Source: Sedimentisphaerales bacterium
GTDB lineage: Bacteria > Planctomycetota > Phycisphaerae > Sedimentisphaerales > SM23-30
Length of the DNA: 64,000 nucleotides
Direction: 5' to 3'
Assembly (NCBI GenBank): GCA_963663805.2
Contig: CAXXMR010000003.1
Location: 192,001 to 256,000, forward strand
Within the stretch, counting starts at the first letter, position 1. Every line of letters starts with the position of its first letter. The notes under the pieces are model-generated. The model did no database searches and was not told the DNA's origin. It saw only the letters and a program-made list of their open reading frames with translations. Below, in pieces: positions 57,777-64,000 of the stretch. The position numbers and the translations under genes were made by a program.

Positions 57777-60379
57777 TTCACTTAAAAAAAGTTTTATTTG
57801 TTCTTTTATTTTTTTGTCTGGATGTGTTCGCATATGAAACGACTAATGGGTTAGTGCAAAAGTTTGACGGGCGATATCCGGGCAGGTTTTTGGTCTCGGA
57901 GTGGTCCTCTAAAGTTCAGTCTCATGAAAGGGCCAGGCTTTTCGGTGTGGGGTTCAATGGTTCACAGCCTCAATATCATTGTCATACAAACGGCGGCGGA
58001 TACGATTTTGGCTATACCCTTGATGCTTTAGATCATAATAATGACAGTGGTTCAATCATTGATTTAGGTAAAGATTTCCTGCCGGACTATGATGATGATT
58101 TTGCTATTGAGGTTTGGTTTCGGGCCGATGGTTGTCCGGCGGATAATCAGCAGCAGGTTCTCTGGGGTACGCAGAGCCTGGGGGCAAACGGTATGCGTCT
58201 TTATATTTATGACTGGAACGGGGCCAGTGGAAAATTTGGAATAGGATTTGAGGCTCGCGATAATACAAATGGCAAAGTCAAATGGTATATTGCTGACGAA
58301 AATGGGGGTGACAAATATGATTATGGCCAATGGATGCAGGTGGTGGCGGTTTACGATGCTGGTGCGGCGGGGTCGGGTATTCCGAATATGAAGATATATA
58401 CCAACGGCGAGCTGAAGCGAGATGTGGATCATACCTCGGCGGTTCCGGCGGATACGGATTTTGTTGATACTACCAGAGGTGCCTCTGCCGTTTTGGGAGC
58501 ACGAGGCATTCCGGAAGATGTTAGTTTTGTCGCTAAGGATAATCGTCAGTATTTTGACGGGGGGATCGCGTTAGTCAGGGTTTATAATAAGTGTTTGACT
58601 GCCAATGAAATTATTAATAATTTTAACTATGATTCTGGTTGGATAGTTTTCAGTCAACCATATATTTCAACAGACCCGGTTTATAATGCTCTGCCTCAAT
58701 ATTTCACAGATAAAATGAACTTGCCCGGCTATTCTTATCTGGCCGAATCCTGGCAATGTGTACCTGGTGATTATAAGTGGAATCCATACGTTGATTGCAA
58801 TGCGGATTCGATAATAGATTTATGGGATTTGAACTGGCTTTGCAACAACTGGCTTAACGAAACTGAAGTTAATCGGACAGTATTGTATAATAATGACACA
58901 ACACATATTTTGACATGTGTTAGTCCGTACCATTCGCAAGGCCGGGCTTTTGAACCGGCAATGATTGATGCCTCTGTTGCGGAAACCGCTGGTACTGGTG
59001 TAACAGTACATGTTTTGTCGCCCGGATTAGGTTGGGTTCCCTGGTGGCAGAGTTCAGTGTTGCCTATGGGACAGCAATACAGTTGGTTCTATCAAACGTA
59101 TGGAATATTACCAAACGAATCATTTTCCAATTATGTTTATTCTGGTGGCGATATTGTACAGGATTTTATTGACAGCTGTCGGAATAACGGTTTATCGCCG
59201 TTTATATCGTATCGATTGAATGATACTCACCATCTGGAAACAGTTGATCCTGCCGCTGTGGTGCCTTCGAGCGTTAAAACTGCGTCTCAATTTTATCATG
59301 ATTTTCCCGAATACAGACTTAGTCAAGATGTGACTGATTGGGACGAAAGGGTACAGAATTGGGCGATAGAAGCAGTTCGTGATTATAAATTTGACTTTAT
59401 TTCGGAGTTATGTGAAAAGTATGATATAGATGGTTTGGAATTAGACTTTCTAAGACACTATCGCCATTTCCTAACTGATGGAAGTATTACTGTGGAGACC
59501 AAAAAAGCAATTATGACGAGTTTTGTTGCCGATGTACGGGCTGTACTTGACAAGACCGCAAGGCTTGGTAAATCCAGATATCTTTCCATAAGGGTTCCCT
59601 GTGACATTCCTGCCCTTGAAGGGATGGGGTTGGATTTATCTGCTTTGGTTGCGGTCGGTGTAGATATGATTAATTTGTCAAATTATTATCACATGAAACA
59701 ACAGAACGATGCGGAAACAATAAAGGCTTCTCTAGCTAACGTGAATGTTTATAATGAAATTGCTTATACTTGTGGTTTAACTCCGATTACTGGTTCTGAT
59801 GAGGTTATACATCGCTTAGCGACCCCTGAAATGATTAATACTGCGGCTCATCTAGCTTATTCTGCCGGACTTGATGGGGTCAGCAGTTTTAATTTTCAAT
59901 ATTACCGTCTTACCGGTTATGAGCCGCCATTTGAGGTATTTAATCACATTTCCGATAAAAACTGGGTAGCGGCCCAGTCCGAACAGCATTATGTGATAGC
60001 CTGGACATACAGAGGGCCGGCTGGTGCGGTCCATCAATTGCCAACTACGATAAGTACTTTTCAAACCAAGACATTTACCCTCAAAATGATACCTCCCGCA
60101 TCCGGTTGGTCTGGAGTAGGTAGGTTAAGGATAATGGCTCAGGATGATTTGGGAGCGAGTGTCTGGGATGCCTCAATTAATGGTTGCGGCTTAATATCTA
60201 CTACAGATGTTTCAGAGCCTTATTCCAGCCCATATACTACCGGGATTGGCCAAACTTCACAATACCGAGCGTGGCAGGTGCCTTTTAGCTGTCTGGTTAA
60301 TGGAGAGAATTCCGTTTCGGTAACGAATTTAACTGCTAGCGAGGTCAAATTGATTTATATGGATATTGCAATTCAGTAG
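57773..60379 (+). CDS. LamG + dockerin-like + putative TIM-barrel glycoside hydrolase (GHL10-like)
   Basis: N-terminal LamG repeat, [13 protein letters not shown], then SYRLND.H and [13 protein letters not shown]. Confidence 0.72.
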   Translation: MIHLKKVLFVLLFFCLDVFAYETTNGLVQKFDGRYPGRFLVSEWSSKVQSHERARLFGVGFNGSQPQYHCHTNGGGYDFGYTLDALDHNNDSGSIIDLGKDFLPDYDDDFAIEVWFRADGCPADNQQQVLWGTQSLGANGMRLYIYDWNGASGKFGIGFEARDNTNGKVKWYIADENGGDKYDYGQWMQVVAVYDAGAAGSGIPNMKIYTNGELKRDVDHTSAVPADTDFVDTTRGASAVLGARGIPEDVSFVAKDNRQYFDGGIALVRVYNKCLTANEIINNFNYDSGWIVFSQPYISTDPVYNALPQYFTDKMNLPGYSYLAESWQCVPGDYKWNPYVDCNADSIIDLWDLNWLCNNWLNETEVNRTVLYNNDTTHILTCVSPYHSQGRAFEPAMIDASVAETAGTGVTVHVLSPGLGWVPWWQSSVLPMGQQYSWFYQTYGILPNESFSNYVYSGGDIVQDFIDSCRNNGLSPFISYRLNDTHHLETVDPAAVVPSSVKTASQFYHDFPEYRLSQDVTDWDERVQNWAIEAVRDYKFDFISELCEKYDIDGLELDFLRHYRHFLTDGSITVETKKAIMTSFVADVRAVLDKTARLGKSRYLSIRVPCDIPALEGMGLDLSALVAVGVDMINLSNYYHMKQQNDAETIKASLANVNVYNEIAYTCGLTPITGSDEVIHRLATPEMINTAAHLAYSAGLDGVSSFNFQYYRLTGYEPPFEVFNHISDKNWVAAQSEQHYVIAWTYRGPAGAVHQLPTTISTFQTKTFTLKMIPPASGWSGVGRLRIMAQDDLGASVWDASINGCGLISTTDVSEPYSSPYTTGIGQTSQYRAWQVPFSCLVNGENSVSVTNLTASEVKLIYMDIAIQ
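58298..58470 (+). repeat. Second copy of the 173-bp repeat
   Basis: Matches 54600-54772. Confidence 0.92.
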
Positions 60380-60389
60380 GTATGTATTA

Positions 60390-62015
60390 ATGAAAAATGG
60401 CTTTAAGTTGATTCTTGCTTTTTGTTTAATTCCAATGGGCCTCTCTGCCGCTGAAAAACCACCTGTTATTCTTTTTAGCAATGACACTACCAACATCACT
60501 ACTTGTGAGAGTCCATTTCGTGGAGCAGGGGAGCCTTTTAGAGAGCAGATGTTAAAAGCATCTGTTGTGGAAACAGCAAGTCTGGGTGTTGACGTTCATA
60601 TGCTTCAGCCGGGACTGGGATGGGTTCCCTGGTGGCAGAGTCAGGTGTATCCTATGCAGGAGCATGTTGAGTGGCTGAGGTCAATCAAGCCTGCAAGTCT
60701 GAATTCTTATGACAAGTATATTATTAATGGAGGCGATATAGTCAAGGTCGCTCTGAAGACCGCCCGGGAAACTGGTCAGTTATTTTTCGTGTCATACCGG
60801 TTAAATGATTATCATCACATTTTGCATTCTCTTTCAAAGTTAGATTTCCCAAACGAAAGAGAGAAGGCATTAGCTAATTGCAAATTTTATTATGAGCATC
60901 CGGAATATCGAATTGGCCCCGGCATGCACGGCAGTTCTAAAGAATCCTTTAATCAATATTTGCAGGATTGGACTCACAAAGAGGTGCGGGATTATAAGTT
61001 TTCGCTGATAAGTGAGATTTGCAGAAATTATGACATCGACGGACTGGAACTTGATTTCATGAGACACGCCTGCTATTTCAATTCCCAAGATACGACTGCC
61101 AGACAAAGAATAGAAATAATGACAGTTTTTGTCAAAAGGGTCAAAGAACTGCTCAATAAGACTTCGCGTGATGGTAGGCAACGCTTCCTTTGTGTCCGAG
61201 TTCCCTTTAGGCTAAAAGACTGTGAGGCGATTGGCATAGATTTCCCGTCGATTGCCAAGGCGGGAGTTGATATGTTAAATCTTTCGTGCCATTATGTTAC
61301 GGAACAGCAATCAGACCTTCATGAAATTCATAAGCAGGTGCCGAACACTCCGGTTTATTTTGAAATGACAAATGTGAGCAACCTTTTCAAAAATCCAAAC
61401 AGGAAAAAACAGACTTTTTTTGTTGCTACCACTGACCAGCAGTTTTGTACGACCGCTCACCTGGCATATGCAAGAGGAGCGTTCGGATTAAGTCTGTTTA
61501 ATTTTGTGTATTACCGGGATTTTTCGGAAAAAACCCATGGGGCAGATGGTTCAAGGATTGATGTCTCCGAGCCGCCATTTTATATCATTCGTAAGATACG
61601 TGATAAAAAATGGCTTGCCAGACAGCCTCAACATTATTATCTTACCAGGTTTGATGCGGATTATAAACGCGTCACCAAATTGCCGGTAAAAGTAGGAGAG
61701 TTGCAGACTTTTAAACTGGATATGGCTCCTCCAGTAGACGGTTGGGAAGCGGGTGGGCGATTGCGTGTGCAATTCCTGACACCGTATAATGGTAGCAAAT
61801 GGAAATTACGATTCAACAATACTGAGTTGGAGCCAACTGGAGATATCTCCGAGCCGTATCCATCACCTTACAAAGACGGATTGGGTGACAGTCAAACTTT
61901 GCTGGCCTGGAAACTACCCGCCGAGATAATAAAAAATGGTATTAATAAAATAGAGCTTGCCGCTATTGAGGGTACACCGCCGCGATTGATTAGCATAGAT
62001 ATTGCGGTGAAGTAA
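60390..62015 (+). CDS. Secreted putative glycoside hydrolase (GHL10-like), paralog of the C-terminal part of 57773
   Basis: [39 protein letters not shown]. Confidence 0.72.
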   Translation: MKNGFKLILAFCLIPMGLSAAEKPPVILFSNDTTNITTCESPFRGAGEPFREQMLKASVVETASLGVDVHMLQPGLGWVPWWQSQVYPMQEHVEWLRSIKPASLNSYDKYIINGGDIVKVALKTARETGQLFFVSYRLNDYHHILHSLSKLDFPNEREKALANCKFYYEHPEYRIGPGMHGSSKESFNQYLQDWTHKEVRDYKFSLISEICRNYDIDGLELDFMRHACYFNSQDTTARQRIEIMTVFVKRVKELLNKTSRDGRQRFLCVRVPFRLKDCEAIGIDFPSIAKAGVDMLNLSCHYVTEQQSDLHEIHKQVPNTPVYFEMTNVSNLFKNPNRKKQTFFVATTDQQFCTTAHLAYARGAFGLSLFNFVYYRDFSEKTHGADGSRIDVSEPPFYIIRKIRDKKWLARQPQHYYLTRFDADYKRVTKLPVKVGELQTFKLDMAPPVDGWEAGGRLRVQFLTPYNGSKWKLRFNNTELEPTGDISEPYPSPYKDGLGDSQTLLAWKLPAEIIKNGINKIELAAIEGTPPRLISIDIAVK

Positions 62016-62063
62016 TAATGAATTATTTAGCAATTTTACTTTTGAGTATTATTTGTAGAAAGC

Positions 62064-63413
62064 GTGAAATTAAAGATGGCGTTATGGAATTTTCCGGAAG
62101 ATTTTTTGTGGGGTACCGCCACGTCGAATTATCAGGTTGAAGGCGCAGTAAGTGAAGATGGACGGGGCAGGGGTATATGGGATACTTTTTGCCATACTCC
62201 CGGCAAAGTCGCTCACGGCCATAATGCGGATATCGCTTGTGACCAATTTCACCTTTACAAAAATGATGTGGCGTTAATGCGAGAGCTTGGAGTTAAAGCA
62301 TATCGCTTTTCGATATCCTGGCCACGCGTATTTCCCGATGGCAAGGGCCGGATCAACCCCAAAGGTTTTGACTATTATCATTCTCTTATCGATGCTTTAC
62401 TAGAGGCCGGAATCGAGCCTGCGGTTACACTATATCATTGGGACTTGCCTCAGACCCTTCAGGATATGGGAGGGTGGCCCCATAGGGATATCGCTAAATA
62501 TTTTGCGGAATACGCGGCAGTTTGCTTTGATGAGTTAGGAGAAAAGGTTAAGTTTTGGATGACCTTAAACGAGCTGACGTGTGCATCCTACAGCAGTTAT
62601 GAATCTGGCAAATTAGCACCTGGTATTCGTGGCGATGGTCAGGCATCATTTTCTGCAGCGCATCATCTTTTATTGGGGCATGGCCTGGCGGTCCGGGCTT
62701 ATCGAGACACCGGGCAGGATGGACAGATTGGGGTTGCTTGTGATGTCAACGGGGCAAGGGCAGCGACCCGGGCTGAAGAAGATATTCTGGCTGCGGACCG
62801 TGCCAGGGATGGCTGGGGGGGGAGATTTTTTCTAAATCCTTTATTTGGGAAGTCGTATCCCCAAAGATTTTTGCAGGCTTATCCCAAACGCCGTTTGCCT
62901 GTCGAGGATGGAGATATGGAGATTATTGGTGCTGGTCTCGATTTTCTGGGGGTTAACATGTATAAAGAATTTGCCATTGCTCATGATCCTTCACATCCAG
63001 AAGGTTATCGTCGGGTCCGGACAGGTTATTCGAAAACCTCTTTGGATTGGGATATCAATCCTCGTCAACTATATCGTGTTCTTAAATGGGTGAATGATGA
63101 ATATGACTGTCCTGCCATATATGTTACAGAAAATGGATCTGCGTTTCCCGATAAATTGAGTGATGATGGTCTCTGTCATGACCCTGAGAGGATTGAGTAT
63201 ATACGCGGATATATTGCCGCCTGTGCCGAAGCGATGCAGGAGGGGGTCGACCTTCGAGGGTATTTTCTATGGTCATTTATTGACAATTTTGAATGGGGCT
63301 GTGGATTTACAAAACGATTTGGTCTGGTTTATTGTGATTATGACAATGAATGTAGTCGCATCCCCAAAGACAGTTTTTATTTCTATCGTGAAGTTATCGC
63401 AGGCTATGAGTAA
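62064..63413 (+). CDS. GH1 beta-glucosidase
   Basis: FLWGTATSNYQVEG, YRFSISWPR, TLNE acid/base, YVTENG nucleophile, WSFIDNFEW. Confidence 0.95.
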   Translation: MKLKMALWNFPEDFLWGTATSNYQVEGAVSEDGRGRGIWDTFCHTPGKVAHGHNADIACDQFHLYKNDVALMRELGVKAYRFSISWPRVFPDGKGRINPKGFDYYHSLIDALLEAGIEPAVTLYHWDLPQTLQDMGGWPHRDIAKYFAEYAAVCFDELGEKVKFWMTLNELTCASYSSYESGKLAPGIRGDGQASFSAAHHLLLGHGLAVRAYRDTGQDGQIGVACDVNGARAATRAEEDILAADRARDGWGGRFFLNPLFGKSYPQRFLQAYPKRRLPVEDGDMEIIGAGLDFLGVNMYKEFAIAHDPSHPEGYRRVRTGYSKTSLDWDINPRQLYRVLKWVNDEYDCPAIYVTENGSAFPDKLSDDGLCHDPERIEYIRGYIAACAEAMQEGVDLRGYFLWSFIDNFEWGCGFTKRFGLVYCDYDNECSRIPKDSFYFYREVIAGYE

Positions 63414-63606
63414 AAAATGATTCGCTCTTAGGCAGAATTTAATTTTTAGAAGCTCCCTTAAAATTTAAGATTGCGATTTTTTAGATTTGTGCTAAGTTTG
63501 AGCCGATAAAGAAGGGCAAGAATGTTTGAATGATTAAAAACTATGGGCCTTACGACAGACGACAAAGGATTGTTAATATTACAAAAGGTTCTGGATTTAA
63601 AGCAAC

Positions 63607-64000
63607 ATGAATATCAATCGTAAAGAAATCTCTTTAGATGGCTTTTGGCAGCTTCGTTCGGAAGCGATTACTTGTACTTCCCTGGAGGGCTCGAGGATTT
63701 CCAGGCTCAAAACAGGCTGGATTGAAACTCCCGTACCCGGTGATATTCATCAGGGCGTAATCGCTGCTGGTAAGGGGCAAGAGCCGACTCTTGGTATGAA
63801 TTCCCGTGACGACGCCTGGATTGAGGATCGCTCCTGGTGGCTCAGGAAAACCTTCAAGGCCACCCAGGCGATGATTGATGCCGACCAATGTGAACTGCAT
63901 CTTGACGGCCTTGATGCCAACGCCTCGATATTTCTCAACGGTAAGCAGCTCGGCAACCATCCTTCGGCATTCAGACCTTTTATAATGCGCCTAAACGAGA
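63607..64000 (+). CDS. GH2 (beta-mannosidase-like) N-terminus, runs off the window
   Basis: Translated by hand: MNINRKEISLDGFWQL...VPGDIH...WIEDRSWWLRKTF...DGLDANASIFLNGKQLG.H.SAFRP. Confidence 0.8.
   Translation, partial: MNINRKEISLDGFWQLRSEAITCTSLEGSRISRLKTGWIETPVPGDIHQGVIAAGKGQEPTLGMNSRDDAWIEDRSWWLRKTFKATQAMIDADQCELHLDGLDANASIFLNGKQLGNHPSAFRPFIMRLNE

Noticed and set aside
9526..60379. Cellulosome interpretation of the dockerin-like domains
   Set aside because: No cohesin or scaffoldin is visible and most carriers are non-enzymatic; the binding partner is unknown.
63634..63960. Minus-strand ORFs at the window end
   Set aside because: Antisense to the partial GH2 gene starting at 63607.
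1..64000. CRISPR array, tRNA or rRNA genes
   Set aside because: No regularly spaced repeats or recognisable RNA gene motifs seen by eye.

Overview
64 kb of bacterial DNA, most likely from a Phycisphaerae/Sedimentisphaerales-type planctomycete. This is inferred from the abundance of PEP-CTERM, dockerin-like and prepilin/H-X9-DG proteins. The window is a nutrient-acquisition island. The same three-part cassette recurs five times: (i) a secreted protein with a PEP-CTERM anchor, (ii) a paralog with the same putative ligand-binding domain but a dockerin-like tail, and (iii) a type IV prepilin-like H-X9-DG (DUF1559-type) protein. Each copy sits with a different nutrient's regulator and downstream machinery: a cobalamin riboswitch with cobT/S/C/O/Q and btuF (7.0-25.7 kb); a Fur/Zur regulator with a RAPP leader peptide (26.1-29.5 kb); heme-use genes (ChaN, radical SAM fused to an ECF S component, ECF T/A, HmuF-like flavodoxin; 33.2-42.3 kb); DtxR-FeoA and feoB (43.9-50.5 kb); and GntR with glycoside hydrolases (51.5-64 kb). 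No TonB-dependent receptor, SusD or cohesin is seen in the window, so the cassette may be an undescribed pilus-linked alternative to TonB/SusCD uptake (inference). Also present: an IS66 interrupting btuF, an 11-bp duplication frameshifting cobQ, a second intact IS, several gene fragments, operator palindromes, a Cys-rich micro-ORF missed by the ORF track, and a near-identical 173-bp segment shared by two LamG genes. Family assignments come from motif recognition by eye; no searches were run.
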